NCBI GenBank assembly: GCA_965227345.1
Contig: OZ245755.1
Coordinates: 1,141,351 to 1,205,350, forward strand
From: Sphingomonadales bacterium
GTDB lineage: Bacteria > Pseudomonadota > Alphaproteobacteria > Sphingomonadales > G965227345
DNA length: 64,000 bases
Direction: 5' to 3'
In this document: positions 18,077 to 28,438 of the stretch, piece by piece
How the letters are laid out: every line of letters starts with the position of its first letter
Position numbering within the stretch: position 1 is the stretch's first letter
Position numbers and translations under genes: made by a program
The notes under the pieces: generated by a model
What the model was told of the DNA's origin: nothing
What the model saw: only the letters and a program-made list of their open reading frames with translations
Database searches by the model: none

Positions 18077-19045
18077 TTATGGTGATCTTTCAAGACAGGT
18101 TGCAAGGGAATTTCCCAAATCCTTCATCAGACGAAAATAGGCGTCCTTGCCAGCAGGTACAGACGCCCCGATCGGGTCCAGTTCCCAGGCTATTGCTTGC
18201 GTATCATTTATTAAGGTTTGCACCAAAACAGGGCTAAATTGTGGCTCGGTAAACACGCATTTAATATCGTGATCCCTGATTGTCTCACGCAACTGGCGCA
18301 CCAGTCGCACGCCGGGTGCCACATCCGCACTCCCCGCGACCGCGCCGATGGCTCTAAGGCCGTAATGGGCCTCAAAATACTGAAAGGCATCGTGATATAC
18401 AATAAATGGCTGATGACGAAGCGGGGCCAGTTTCACTCGCATTGTCTCGTCCATCATGTTCAGGCGTTCAATCGTCTTCTGCCCGTTTTCGGCATAAACA
18501 GCCGCATGGCGTGGGTCAAGAGCGCTGATTTCCCGAACCATGATCGCCACAATACCCCGTGCGATATCGGGATCCAGCCAGATATGGGAATCGGTGCTGC
18601 ACGACTTGCGATCAACCACGCCCTCAATCTTTTGGCTTTTCCAGATTCCCGTAGGGCGCTGCCTTAAGGGTATCAGGGCTGGATCTTCAATAAGGGCGAC
18701 CGCTTTGCGATCCCGCCCCGATGCCAGAACTTCCAGGGGCTTGATCAGGGCACGCTCACCACATTCTCCAATCCAGAAGACAAGGCGGGCACGGGCCAGC
18801 AAGCCGGCATCTGAAGGCCGCATGGTAAACTGGTGCGGCGATGTACCGGGACTTAACAGCAGTACTGGCGTGCCCACGCCATCCATAACATTCATGGCGA
18901 GGGAATGAACCGGTAAAATACTGGTGACCACCAGTGGCACACCGGTTTCATCTGCGCGTTCCCCGGCAGTGGCCCGCGAAACCATCACCGCACTTGCCAG
19001 AAGTACACAAAGAAAACCGGTCGATATTCGGATACTCCGAAACAT
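18077..19045 (-). CDS. znuA: metal (probably zinc) ABC-transporter substrate-binding protein, ZnuA/TroA family
   Basis: Signal peptide; SILPVHSL, DSHIWLDP and FIVYHDAFQYF are typical of cluster A-I SBPs. It has no His-rich loop. No znuB or znuC gene is adjacent. Confidence 0.75.
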   Translation of the reverse strand: MFRSIRISTGFLCVLLASAVMVSRATAGERADETGVPLVVTSILPVHSLAMNVMDGVGTPVLLLSPGTSPHQFTMRPSDAGLLARARLVFWIGECGERALIKPLEVLASGRDRKAVALIEDPALIPLRQRPTGIWKSQKIEGVVDRKSCSTDSHIWLDPDIARGIVAIMVREISALDPRHAAVYAENGQKTIERLNMMDETMRVKLAPLRHQPFIVYHDAFQYFEAHYGLRAIGAVAGSADVAPGVRLVRQLRETIRDHDIKCVFTEPQFSPVLVQTLINDTQAIAWELDPIGASVPAGKDAYFRLMKDLGNSLATCLERSP

Positions 19046-19073
19046 ACGCTTTAACTTTCACAAAACCCTCTCT

Positions 19074-19096
19074 CGTTTGTTATATTATAACATTTC
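19074..19096. promoter_or_regulatory. Zur-box-like palindrome in the znuA promoter
   Basis: The sequence is CGTTTGTTATA-T-TATAACATTTC, with a perfect core palindrome TGTTATATTATAACA at 19078-19092. The right half equals the proteobacterial Zur half-site TATAACATTTC as I recall it. It lies 29-51 nt upstream of the znuA ATG and overlaps a TATAAC -10-like hexamer on the minus strand. Confidence 0.55.
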
Positions 19097-19140
19097 TTTA
19101 TCCTGCAACAGGAAACTTGTCATAGTAGACGTTAGAACAC

Positions 19141-19170
19141 AAAAAAGGCCGGACATTTTGCCCGGCCTTT
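19141..19170 (-). terminator. intrinsic terminator of the fadBA operon
   Basis: GGCCGG(19147-52) pairs with CCGGCC(19162-67) around a 9-nt loop. On the minus strand it is followed by a T6 run (A6 at 19141-46). It lies 28 nt after the fadB stop. Confidence 0.65.
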
Positions 19171-19197
19171 TATTTGTTCGCCACGTCACCCTGTCGA

Positions 19198-21354
19198 TCA
19201 GGCGGCGTAAAAAGCCTTCCCGGACTCTGCCATATCCCGCAACATTTTTGGCGGTGTATAGCGCGGCCCGTATTCCTGGGCCATTCTGTCGCATTCCTGC
19301 ACAAATTCTGCCACGCCAATGGTGTCAATCATTGAAAGGGGGCCACCGGTATAAGGCGCAAAGCCCCATCCGAAAATTGCCCCGACATCAGCATCAGCGG
19401 GCGCGGTGACCACTCCTTCTTCGTAGCACCGCACACATTCTATAGCCTGACGGTAAAGGAAACGCTTCCTGATTTCCTCTACGTCTGGCTGATTGCCATC
19501 TGGCGCAAAATGCTGTCCAATTTCAGGCCATAGATATTTCCGGCCTTCTTCCGGATACACATAAAATCCCTTTCCGGTCTTTTTGCCCAACCGGTCCAGC
19601 TTGCCAACAAACAAGTCCAGCACCTTGTCGCCTGGTGCCGGCTCGTATTTATCTGCCAGACCCTTGCGTGTCGCTTCCTTGATCTTGTACATCAATTCGA
19701 TCGACACTTCGTCCCCAACAGCCAGCGGACCAACCGGCATGCCAGCCATAAGTCCGGCATTCTCAATCAGCGCAGGGTCCACACCTTCTGTCAGCATCGC
19801 CATGCCTTCGGATGGATAGGTACCAAAGCATCGACTGGTGTAGAAACCCCGGCTGTCGTTGACCACAATCGGTGTTTTTCGAATCTGCTGGACATAATCC
19901 AGCGCCAGGGCCAGTGTTTTATCATCCGTTTTTTCGCCCAGAATAATTTCAACAAGCGGCATCTTGTCGACCGGCGAGAAAAAATGGATACCAATGAACT
20001 GGTCCGGCCGCTGCGAGGCCTTTGCCAGACCGGTAATTGGCAGGGTCGACGTATTGGAGGCAAACACGGTCGTTGCCGGAATGACGGCTTCAGTCTTTGC
20101 TGTTACATCCGCCTTTAACTGCATGTCTTCAAACACGGCTTCAATAATCAGGTCGCAATCGGCAAGTTTCGCATAATCATCTGTCGGTGTGATTTTGGAC
20201 AGAATACCATCGGCCTTGTTCTGTTTCATCTTGCCACGTCCGACAGCCTTTGTCAGAAGCTTGACCGAATAGTCCTTGCCTTTTTCCGCACTCGATACGT
20301 CCCGGTCAAGCAGCACAACATCCATGCCAGCCACAGCGGAAACATAGGCAATACCGGCACCCATCATACCGGCACCAAGCACACCCAGTTTTTTGATCTG
20401 GTGTTTCTCAATTCCCTTGGGGCGACGAACAAGCTTGTCGGCTTCACCCTTGTTCACAAAGAGTGTACGGATCATGTTGCCTGCGGTAGGGTCCAGTATC
20501 AGCTGGGTGAAATACTTGCTTTCAACCCGGATTGCTGTATCCATCGGCAGCTGGTGACCTTCATAGACGCACGAAAGAATAGCCTGTGGTGCCGGATAAT
20601 TATCTTTGGTTTCTTTCCGGGTCATGGCAGTTGCCGCCATAAATGTCTGCACGATGGTCGGATTAAATGCTCCCTGGCCACCGGGCACCTTAAATCTTTT
20701 CTCATCCCATGGCTGAACGGCCTTGCCGCCATCGGATATCCACTTCTTTGCCTCTGCAACCAGATCAGCAGCAACAACAACCTTGTGCACAACGCCAAAG
20801 GCCAGCGCTTCCTGTGGCGACATGGTCTTGCCTTGCAACAAATAAGGCAGCGAAGGCTGAACCCCCATCAGACGAGGCAACCGCTGCGTCCCGCCCGCAC
20901 CGGGCAAGAGGCCGATCTTGACCTCAGGCAGGCCAAGCTTGATTTTGGGGTCATCTGCCACAATACGGCCATGGCAGGCCAGAATAAGTTCCAGACCACC
21001 GCCCATCGCCAAACCGTTTACGGCAGCCACAAAAGGTTTGCCGCAGGTTTCCAGCTGGCGCAGGACGCTATTCAGAGCGAACGCTTCGTCAAAGACATCT
21101 TCCACAGGCGCTGTTTCAGCCTTCTTCGTCAATGAAAGCAGCATGGTAAGATCGGCGCCTGCCAGAAAAGCAGACTTGCCGGAGGTAATCACGGCACCCT
21201 TGATTTTTTCATCCGCACTGACTTTTTCAATCAGGTCCTTAAGTTCTTTTATGGCCTGTTCCGTAAATACGTTCATCGAGCGGCCGGGCACGTCGATGGT
21301 CAGCGTCGCGATGCCCTGTTCATCGACATCAAATTTGATGCTTTTATCAGTCAT
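19198..21354 (-). CDS. fadB: fatty-acid oxidation multifunctional protein (enoyl-CoA hydratase + 3-hydroxyacyl-CoA dehydrogenase)
   Basis: 718 aa. N-terminal crotonase domain ([21 protein letters not shown]), then the NAD fold [14 protein letters not shown] and HFFSPV. Confidence 0.9.
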   Translation of the reverse strand: MTDKSIKFDVDEQGIATLTIDVPGRSMNVFTEQAIKELKDLIEKVSADEKIKGAVITSGKSAFLAGADLTMLLSLTKKAETAPVEDVFDEAFALNSVLRQLETCGKPFVAAVNGLAMGGGLELILACHGRIVADDPKIKLGLPEVKIGLLPGAGGTQRLPRLMGVQPSLPYLLQGKTMSPQEALAFGVVHKVVVAADLVAEAKKWISDGGKAVQPWDEKRFKVPGGQGAFNPTIVQTFMAATAMTRKETKDNYPAPQAILSCVYEGHQLPMDTAIRVESKYFTQLILDPTAGNMIRTLFVNKGEADKLVRRPKGIEKHQIKKLGVLGAGMMGAGIAYVSAVAGMDVVLLDRDVSSAEKGKDYSVKLLTKAVGRGKMKQNKADGILSKITPTDDYAKLADCDLIIEAVFEDMQLKADVTAKTEAVIPATTVFASNTSTLPITGLAKASQRPDQFIGIHFFSPVDKMPLVEIILGEKTDDKTLALALDYVQQIRKTPIVVNDSRGFYTSRCFGTYPSEGMAMLTEGVDPALIENAGLMAGMPVGPLAVGDEVSIELMYKIKEATRKGLADKYEPAPGDKVLDLFVGKLDRLGKKTGKGFYVYPEEGRKYLWPEIGQHFAPDGNQPDVEEIRKRFLYRQAIECVRCYEEGVVTAPADADVGAIFGWGFAPYTGGPLSMIDTIGVAEFVQECDRMAQEYGPRYTPPKMLRDMAESGKAFYAA

Positions 21355-21392
21355 TTTCTAATATCCTGTCCTGGAATGTCTATATTATGGCT

Positions 21393-22601
21393 TTATACAC
21401 GCTCGATGATGGTGGCTGTTCCCATACCGCCACCGATGCACAATGTTGTCAGTGCCGTGGATTTCCCGGTGCGTTCCAGCTCGTCCAGAACGGTGCCCAG
21501 TATCATGGCGCCGGTCGCTCCCAGAGGATGGCCCATGGCAATGGCCCCGCCATTGACGTTAATGTCACTGTGATCAATATCAAGCGCCTGCATAAAGCGC
21601 AGCACAACAGCGGCGAAAGCCTCGTTCAGCTCCCACAGATCAATATCCTGCTTGGTCATACCCGCCCGCTTCAGGGCCTTTTCTGCGGAATAAGAGGGGC
21701 CGGTCAGCATGATTGTAGGCTCTGACCCCACATCCGCCAGCGCCACGATGCGCGCCCGCGGTTTGATCCCCAGCCGCTCACCCATTTCCTTCGATCCGAT
21801 CAGAACCGCCGAAGAACCATCCACGATACCACTTGAATTCCCGGCATGATGGACATGGTTGATCCGTTCAACTTCGGGATATTTCAACAGGGCTACCGCA
21901 TCAAAACCATAGGCTTCGCCCTGCTCGGCGAAAGCCGCCTTCAACGACGCCAGCGACTGCATGGTTGAATCCGGGCGCATATGTTCGTCATGATCAAGAA
22001 GGGTCATGCCCAGCTTGTCCTTTATCGGCACGACGGAATTTTTAAAATAGCCCTTGTCCCAGGCATTTTTCGCACGCTTCTGGCTCTCCAGCGCATAAGC
22101 GTCGACATCATCCCGGGAAAAGCCCCATTTTGTGGCGATCAGATCAGCGCCGATACCTTGGGGGGCAAAACCAATTTTCTGGCCCACATCCGGGTCGCAG
22201 AACCAGGCCCCGCCATCGCTGCCCATAGGCACACGTGACATGGCCTCGACCCCGCCACCAACCATGAGATCAGCCTGACCGGCCATAATCTTCGTGGCCG
22301 CCATATTGACAGCCGTCAAACCAGATGCACAAAAGCGATCCACCTGCACTCCGGCCACATCCTGATGCCAGCCAGCATTCAGCGCTCCAATACGGGCAAT
22401 ATCGCTGCCCTGTTCACCGACGGGAGAAACAACCCCCATGATCACATCGTCAACCAGCTGCGTGTCCAGATTATTACGCGCCTCCAGTGCCTGCAGTACC
22501 CTGGAGAGCAAGTTAATCGGCGTCACTTCGTGCAAACTGCCATTTGCCTTGCCGCGCCCGCGCGGGGTGCGGACGTGATCATAAATATAAGCTTCAGCCA
22601 T
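21393..22601 (-). CDS. fadA: acetyl-CoA C-acyltransferase (3-ketoacyl-CoA thiolase)
   Basis: [28 protein letters not shown] and [16 protein letters not shown]. Confidence 0.9.
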   Translation of the reverse strand: MAEAYIYDHVRTPRGRGKANGSLHEVTPINLLSRVLQALEARNNLDTQLVDDVIMGVVSPVGEQGSDIARIGALNAGWHQDVAGVQVDRFCASGLTAVNMAATKIMAGQADLMVGGGVEAMSRVPMGSDGGAWFCDPDVGQKIGFAPQGIGADLIATKWGFSRDDVDAYALESQKRAKNAWDKGYFKNSVVPIKDKLGMTLLDHDEHMRPDSTMQSLASLKAAFAEQGEAYGFDAVALLKYPEVERINHVHHAGNSSGIVDGSSAVLIGSKEMGERLGIKPRARIVALADVGSEPTIMLTGPSYSAEKALKRAGMTKQDIDLWELNEAFAAVVLRFMQALDIDHSDINVNGGAIAMGHPLGATGAMILGTVLDELERTGKSTALTTLCIGGGMGTATIIERV

Positions 22602-22651
22602 TTCTCATCCTTCTTTAAAATGTGTTCTGTAAAAACTTGTCAGTCAACAAC

Positions 22652-24442
22652 CTAGAAAGCGCTCTCTTCCAAAGACATCAGAATATCCGCACCGGCCTCA
22701 ACCCTTGCCAGACATGTCGTTGTCTGGGGCATTTCGTAGGCCATAAAGAAGCGCGCAGTCTTCAGTTTTGTTTCATAAAAATCCGGGTCGGACGGGTTAT
22801 TGGCCAGCGCATCCTGTGCTGTCCGTGCCATCTGGCCCCATATCCAGCCCAGTGTTACAAGAGCCATAAGGTTCAGGTAATTATGGGCAGCTGATCCTGC
22901 GTTATCTGGTGCGGTCATGGCATTGTTCATCAGCCACATGGTGGCCTGTTGCAACTGTCCCAGCCCCTTGCCCAGCGGCTTTGTAAATTCCGCCATCGCC
23001 TCGTCGTCCTTGTTCTCGTCGATAAATTTCTGCACTTCCTCAAAATAGGCACGCACCGCACGCCCGCCATTCATCGCCAGCTTGCGCCCGACAAGATCCA
23101 TGGCCTGAACGCCGTTGGTGCCCTCGTAAATCGGCGCGATACGCGCGTCACGCACAAACTGCTCCATACCATATTCCTGAACATACCCGTGCCCGCCAAA
23201 GCATTGCAGGGACAGATTACTGGCTTCAAAGCCCTTGTCTGTCATGTAGGATTTGATGACCGGGGTCAGCAACGCCACAAGATCTTCAGCCTTTTCCCGG
23301 ACTGCGTCATCTTCATGCTTGCCGTAAATATCTATCTGCACGCCCGTCCACAGCGCAAGGGCACGCGCACCTTCGTTAAAGGCTTTCGAGGTCAGCAGCA
23401 TGCGGCGCACGTCAGGGTGCACGATAATCGGGTCCGCAGCGCCATCCGTGTTTTTAGCCCCGGTCAGGGACCTGCCCTGCAACCGGTCACGGGCATATTC
23501 GACAGCGTTCTGGTAAGCCACTTCGGAAACACCCAGCCCCTGCAGCCCGACGCCCAAACGGGCTTCGTTCATCATGGTGAACATGGCACGCATGCCCTTG
23601 TGTTCCTCTCCGATCAGATAGCCTGTTGCGTTATCATAGTTCAGCACACAGGTTGCATTGGAATGGATCCCCATCTTTTCTTCAATGGACCCGCAAGCAA
23701 CACCGTTGCGATCCCCCAGGCTGCCATCGCCCTTGGCCAGAAACTTGGGCACAATAAACAGGCTCACTCCCTTAATGCCTTCCGGCCCGCCAGGAATTTT
23801 TGCCAGCACCAGATGGATAATATTTTCAGTCAGGTCATGCTCACCGGCCGAGATAAATATCTTGGTCCCTGAAATCTTGTACGATCCGTCTGCCTGCAGC
23901 TCTGCCTTTGTCCGCATCAGGCCCAGATCCGTTCCACAATGCGGCTCGGTCAGGTTCATGGTCCCCGACCATTTGCCGCTGATCATATTGGGCAGATAGG
24001 TATTCTTCTGCTCATCTGTGCCATGGGCTTCAATAGCTTCCGTCGCGCCTTTGGTCAGGCCCGGATACATGGCAAAGCCCCAGTTGGCGGCAATCATCAT
24101 TTCCGATATTGCCAGCCCGAGCGCCTGAGGCAGCCCCTGCCCGCCATATTCCGGTGACGCCGTTAGCCCCTGCCAGCCGCCTTCGGCATAAGCGTTATAG
24201 GCTTCCTTGAAGCCTTTGGGCGTTGTCACAACGCCATTCGCCAGCTGACACCCTTCCTGATCACCCGACTGATTGATCGGCTGAAGAATATTTTCTGTCA
24301 GCTTTGCGCCTTCTTCCAGAATAGCGTCAATCAGGTCCGGGCTGGCGTCTTCATACCCGGCCAGATTATTATATTTTTGAAGATCAAGCAGTTCATGCAG
24401 GACAAACTTCAGATCACGGACAGGGGCTTTATAACTGGGCAT
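22652..24442 (-). CDS. long acyl-CoA dehydrogenase (596 aa, with extra C-terminal domain)
   Basis: ACAD core motifs LTEPHCGTDL and IYEGTNGVQAMDL, plus a ~150-aa C-terminal extension typical of FadE-like and DUF1974-type enzymes. Confidence 0.85.
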   Translation of the reverse strand: MPSYKAPVRDLKFVLHELLDLQKYNNLAGYEDASPDLIDAILEEGAKLTENILQPINQSGDQEGCQLANGVVTTPKGFKEAYNAYAEGGWQGLTASPEYGGQGLPQALGLAISEMMIAANWGFAMYPGLTKGATEAIEAHGTDEQKNTYLPNMISGKWSGTMNLTEPHCGTDLGLMRTKAELQADGSYKISGTKIFISAGEHDLTENIIHLVLAKIPGGPEGIKGVSLFIVPKFLAKGDGSLGDRNGVACGSIEEKMGIHSNATCVLNYDNATGYLIGEEHKGMRAMFTMMNEARLGVGLQGLGVSEVAYQNAVEYARDRLQGRSLTGAKNTDGAADPIIVHPDVRRMLLTSKAFNEGARALALWTGVQIDIYGKHEDDAVREKAEDLVALLTPVIKSYMTDKGFEASNLSLQCFGGHGYVQEYGMEQFVRDARIAPIYEGTNGVQAMDLVGRKLAMNGGRAVRAYFEEVQKFIDENKDDEAMAEFTKPLGKGLGQLQQATMWLMNNAMTAPDNAGSAAHNYLNLMALVTLGWIWGQMARTAQDALANNPSDPDFYETKLKTARFFMAYEMPQTTTCLARVEAGADILMSLEESAF

Positions 24443-24507
24443 TTAGACATCCTTTGAATGGAGGGCTATTGATGATGTTCACAACAATCAGATTTTTAAT
24501 TAAAACC

Positions 24508-24987
24508 TTACGCACGCTTTGATCGGTACGGGTCTAATGGTACATTGGCTTCCTGAAGCTTTGCTTCAAGCGTTTGACAAAAAGAGTCGAGTTCTGCGAT
24601 GGTCGCATCCAGGTCCTCGCGCTGCCTGATCAGTTTCTCCTGACGTTCGCGGCATTTTACCAGAGTCTTCTGTCTTTGTTCAACGCGACCATCACCTTTG
24701 TCATAAAGGTCAATGAGTTCGCGGACCTCAGCCAGACTGAAGCCAACACTGCGACCCCGCAATATCCACGCCAGCCGTACCCTGTCCCGGGCAGAGTATA
24801 CCCGATTCTGCCCCTGACGCGAAGGGCTGATCAGGCCGTTATCCTCATAAAACCGGATCGTACGGGGCGTAACTTCAAATTCTGATGCCAGGGCAGAAAT
24901 CGTATATGTTTCTTCAGCCATTTCTCTGAACTTCTTTTGATTCCCGGTTATCATTTCAGCTCGCAGCACAACATCTGTATTCGGCAT
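24508..24987 (-). CDS. MerR-family transcriptional regulator (LiuR-like), first gene of the acyl-CoA dehydrogenase-fadA-fadB operon
   Basis: HTH YTISALASEFEVTPRTIRFYEDNGLISP followed by a coiled-coil dimerisation helix. The true start may be an internal ATG (24954 or 24921). Confidence 0.8.
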   Translation of the reverse strand: MPNTDVVLRAEMITGNQKKFREMAEETYTISALASEFEVTPRTIRFYEDNGLISPSRQGQNRVYSARDRVRLAWILRGRSVGFSLAEVRELIDLYDKGDGRVEQRQKTLVKCRERQEKLIRQREDLDATIAELDSFCQTLEAKLQEANVPLDPYRSKRA

Positions 24988-25025
24988 AATTGATCAATTG
25001 AATATCAAAGCCAACCTCATGGCGC

Positions 25026-25054
25026 ATGATACTTAACGTTTACGTAAACGTCAA
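25026..25054 (-). promoter_or_regulatory. sigma70-like promoter with embedded 16-bp perfect palindrome (candidate MerR operator)
   Basis: The minus strand reads TTGACG(25054-49)-N17-TATCAT(25031-26). The palindrome ACGTTTACGTAAACGT at 25036-25051 overlaps the -35 hexamer and the spacer. Confidence 0.5.
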
Positions 25055-25279
25055 GTGCTTTTGAAGCCAGACCAGCCGTCGGCAAATTTTATACGACAAG
25101 AGAATAAATTAATCCTTTATACCGGATTCCGGGCCTATAATGGTTGAAATAAATAAGCATTTAATCCACACTAAAGATTAACTGACAGGCTTACGCCCCA
25201 TCAAGCGAGCAAACAAAGAATCTCGGCACCCACTTAAATAATCGTAGCGCCCAACAAGAATAAAGTTACACGCAATCCC

Positions 25280-26200
25280 ATGCAGATTTACCTGCCGATA
25301 GCTGAAGTTTCTATCAACATATTCCTGCTTCTGGGTATGGGGGGTGTTGTAGGATTTCTTTCGGGCATGTTTGGCGTTGGCGGGGGATTTCTGATGACTC
25401 CCCTGCTTATTTTTGCCGGAGTTCCGCCTGCTGTCGCAGTGGCGACGCAGGCCAACCAGATTATGGCGGCGTCAGTTTCAGGTGCGCAGGCGCACTGGCG
25501 GCGCGGCACGCTTGACATTCGCATGGGTCTGGTCCTGAGCCTGGGCGGTGCCATTGGTTCCTTTTTCGGGGCCTGGGCATTTAAGCTGCTTACGCAAATC
25601 GGCCAGATTGATCTGACAATCTCCCTTTCCTACGTGGGTTTTCTGGGATTAATTGGCAGCCTGATGATGGCAGAAAGCCTGCGAACGCTGATCAGACGCT
25701 GGAGAGGTTTACCCATTGTGATAAAACGGCGTCACCGGACCTGGATTGATGCCCTGCCCTTCAAGATACGTTTTCGAACATCCAAACTTTATATCAGCGC
25801 CCTTTTACCCCTGGTCATCGGTGGCCTTGTCGGTGTGTTATCGGCGATTATGGGGGTCGGTGGTGGCTTTGTCATGGTGCCTGCCATGATCTACCTGCTG
25901 GGCATGCCAACGAACGTTGTGATTGGTACGTCCCTGATGCAGATAACCATTGTAACCGCCCTGATTACCTTCTTGCATGCCGTCAACACACAAACCATCG
26001 ACGTTGTATTGGCGCTCCTGTTGCTGGTGGGGGCTGTTGGCGGCGCACAGATCGGCGCGCGTTTCGGCACAAAACTTCGAGGTGAGACGGTCCGCGCGCT
26101 GCTCGCTTTACTGGTTCTTTCTGTTTGTACAAAAATGGCCATTGACCTGATCATCGAGCCGGAAGATCTGTATTCAATCACATTCACGGACAGATCATGA
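25280..26200 (+). CDS. TauE/SafE-family anion exporter
   Basis: Polytopic membrane protein with the duplicated motif MFGVGGGFLMTP / IMGVGGGFVMVP. Confidence 0.8.
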   Translation: MQIYLPIAEVSINIFLLLGMGGVVGFLSGMFGVGGGFLMTPLLIFAGVPPAVAVATQANQIMAASVSGAQAHWRRGTLDIRMGLVLSLGGAIGSFFGAWAFKLLTQIGQIDLTISLSYVGFLGLIGSLMMAESLRTLIRRWRGLPIVIKRRHRTWIDALPFKIRFRTSKLYISALLPLVIGGLVGVLSAIMGVGGGFVMVPAMIYLLGMPTNVVIGTSLMQITIVTALITFLHAVNTQTIDVVLALLLLVGAVGGAQIGARFGTKLRGETVRALLALLVLSVCTKMAIDLIIEPEDLYSITFTDRS

Positions 26201-27009
26201 AGCGGTCGCCTGAAATATTCTCTGTTCGCCATGCGCTGGCACTTGCGATGTCATTCATATGGATAACATTCTTCAATCCCGCACGGGCTGACGAGGTTGT
26301 CGCCGATTTGTCAGAACATTTGATCGAGATCCGGTCCAACTTTACGGGGACCAGTCTTTTGCTGTTCGGCGCCATTAATTGGTCCAAGGTTGAATATAAA
26401 CGACCAAAAACCGGTGCGGATCCCGCCTTTGACGTGATTGTGACAGTGTCCGGTCCCGCTGGTGATTTCGTCGTCCGCAAAAAAGAAAGAATAGCCGGGA
26501 TCTGGATCAATCGCCAGTCAGCCGCGACATCTGACAGCCCTACATTCTATGCAATCATGTCCACCCGTCCCGTCGCAGATGTGCTGACACCTGATGTTCT
26601 TGAAAAGCAGGTATTCCGGCTCAACCAGATCCCGTTCAACTGGAAGGAGGAAATGTCTGCAGAAAAGACGGCCGCCTATAAGGATTCGCTGCTGCGCAAT
26701 ATGCAGGAACAAGCACTTTATGCTGAACGCTACAACACCATCAAAATCCTGGGAGATACCCTGTTTCAGACACGGGTATATTTTCCGGTTACCGTTCCCG
26801 TAGGCACATATCGTGCAGATATATATCTCGTCCGCGACGGGCGTATTCTGGCATCTCAGGTTGCGCCGCTGAATATCGGCAAGGAGGGACTGGAGCGCAC
26901 CATCTGGGACTTTGCCCACAACAGCCCGGCGATCTACGGCCTGACCGCCATACTGATCGCCCTTGCCGCCGGACTTATTGCGGGTGAAGTGTCCAGGCGG
27001 ATCGGCTAG
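26197..27009 (+). CDS. TIGR02186-like membrane-anchored protein
   Basis: ATGA overlap with the tauE stop. It has a signal peptide and one C-terminal TM helix (IYGLTAILIALAAGLIAG). The pairing with TauE is a pattern recalled from alphaproteobacterial genomes. Confidence 0.5.
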   Translation: MKRSPEIFSVRHALALAMSFIWITFFNPARADEVVADLSEHLIEIRSNFTGTSLLLFGAINWSKVEYKRPKTGADPAFDVIVTVSGPAGDFVVRKKERIAGIWINRQSAATSDSPTFYAIMSTRPVADVLTPDVLEKQVFRLNQIPFNWKEEMSAEKTAAYKDSLLRNMQEQALYAERYNTIKILGDTLFQTRVYFPVTVPVGTYRADIYLVRDGRILASQVAPLNIGKEGLERTIWDFAHNSPAIYGLTAILIALAAGLIAGEVSRRIG

Positions 27010-27147
27010 GCAATGCCCTACTTCACCCCGGCTTCACATAAATATGACTGTTTTCCCGTTCGTTAAGGCTTGCCAGCCTGATGACATCTGTGGAACAAAC
27101 AGCGCGAAAGATTACAAGCAGCCGCTATATCAGGAAAGAGTTCCAGC

Positions 27148-27885
27148 ATGGAAGCGCACTCCATATCATTAATTGCGGCGTTGGCCGGTGGCATCCTCAG
27201 CTTTGTCTCCCCCTGTGTCCTGCCTTTGGTGCCTGCCTATCTCTCGTTCCTGACCGGTGCCAGCTTTGATGAGTTGCGCGAAAGAGGCAAGGTTGGCCAG
27301 ATCAAGCCGCCCTTTTGGCCAGCACTGGCCTTTGTTCTGGGCTTTTCGACGGTCTTTGTTTCTCTGGGCGCGGGGGCGTCGAGCCTCAGCCGGTTTTTAC
27401 TGGGTCATCAGGAAATATTTTCAAAAATCGCCGGGGTAGCCATTGTTATTCTGGGCCTGCATTTTATGGGATTGTTCAGGATTGGCTTTCTCAACAGGGA
27501 AGCCAGATTCCATATACCGTTCAAACCAAAAGGCTGGTTTGGGGCCTATCTGATCGGATTGGCTTTCGCCTTTGGCTGGACCCCTTGTATTGGTCCTATT
27601 CTGGCCGCTATTCTGACCGTCGCCGCAACGCAAGACCACCTGCTGGATGGCATCATTCTGCTGGCTACTTATTCCGCCGGGCTGGGCATTCCGTTTTTGC
27701 TTGCCGCCCTTTGTGTAAATGCCTTTATGAGGGTCATCCAACGGTTCAAGTCCAATATGCGATTGATTGAAATCGCTATAGGGCTCCTGCTCGTGGCCAC
27801 AGGTGTTGCCATTTACACCACGGCACTTCAAAGTCTGGGAAATATATTGCTGGACTGGTTCCCCTGGCTTCAGAACATCGGCTAA
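27148..27885 (+). CDS. ccdA: cytochrome c biogenesis thiol:disulfide transporter CcdA (DsbD_2 family)
   Basis: Six TM helices with the two conserved Cys motifs FVSPCVLPLVPAYL and GWTPCIGPILAAIL. Confidence 0.8.
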   Translation: MEAHSISLIAALAGGILSFVSPCVLPLVPAYLSFLTGASFDELRERGKVGQIKPPFWPALAFVLGFSTVFVSLGAGASSLSRFLLGHQEIFSKIAGVAIVILGLHFMGLFRIGFLNREARFHIPFKPKGWFGAYLIGLAFAFGWTPCIGPILAAILTVAATQDHLLDGIILLATYSAGLGIPFLLAALCVNAFMRVIQRFKSNMRLIEIAIGLLLVATGVAIYTTALQSLGNILLDWFPWLQNIG

Positions 27886-28005
27886 CGATGCCAGCCTCCC
27901 GCCAATGGACGGAAACAGTCAAAAAAGTGCCTCGGCTAGCGTCCTGTGGCATGACCGAGGCAGTAGGGCAGATGCAGTGACCCTATCACATGACAATAAA
28001 TGTTT

Positions 28006-28275
28006 CTAGTGCACCGCGACCCGGCGCGGCTCTTCTTCATCAAACTCGAAATAGACGTTCATGGCGCTGCGAATTTCTTCCCAAAGTTCATACCCCTCGT
28101 CGTCGCCCAGCACACGCATGCGATCAAGCGCTGAATCAGCAAAAATCAGGGCCGTATCACCGTGACTGCGCAGCAAGTTGCGCGCGACCATATCGAAAAT
28201 CGGGCCGGGATCGAAGTCATCATATTCCATCAGGGCTCTTAACGCAGTGATGGCCTCTATGGCTGGGTCGGTCAT
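28006..28275 (-). CDS. small acidic hypothetical protein (89 aa)
   Basis: ORF with ordinary composition. No family recognised and no strong SD seen. Confidence 0.4.
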   Translation of the reverse strand: MTDPAIEAITALRALMEYDDFDPGPIFDMVARNLLRSHGDTALIFADSALDRMRVLGDDEGYELWEEIRSAMNVYFEFDEEEPRRVAVH

Positions 28276-28438
28276 GCTCCACCTCTTGGGATAATATATA
28301 TTCCCTGTTCCCTAAGCAATAAGCCTGCCAGTCTTGGAATTTAAATTAACCTGTTGATTTATATTGTTTTTATTTTCAGAACACCGGGCTATCGACCGGC
28401 AAATCATGCCGCAGCATGCCCGCAGGGGCAAACACTGC

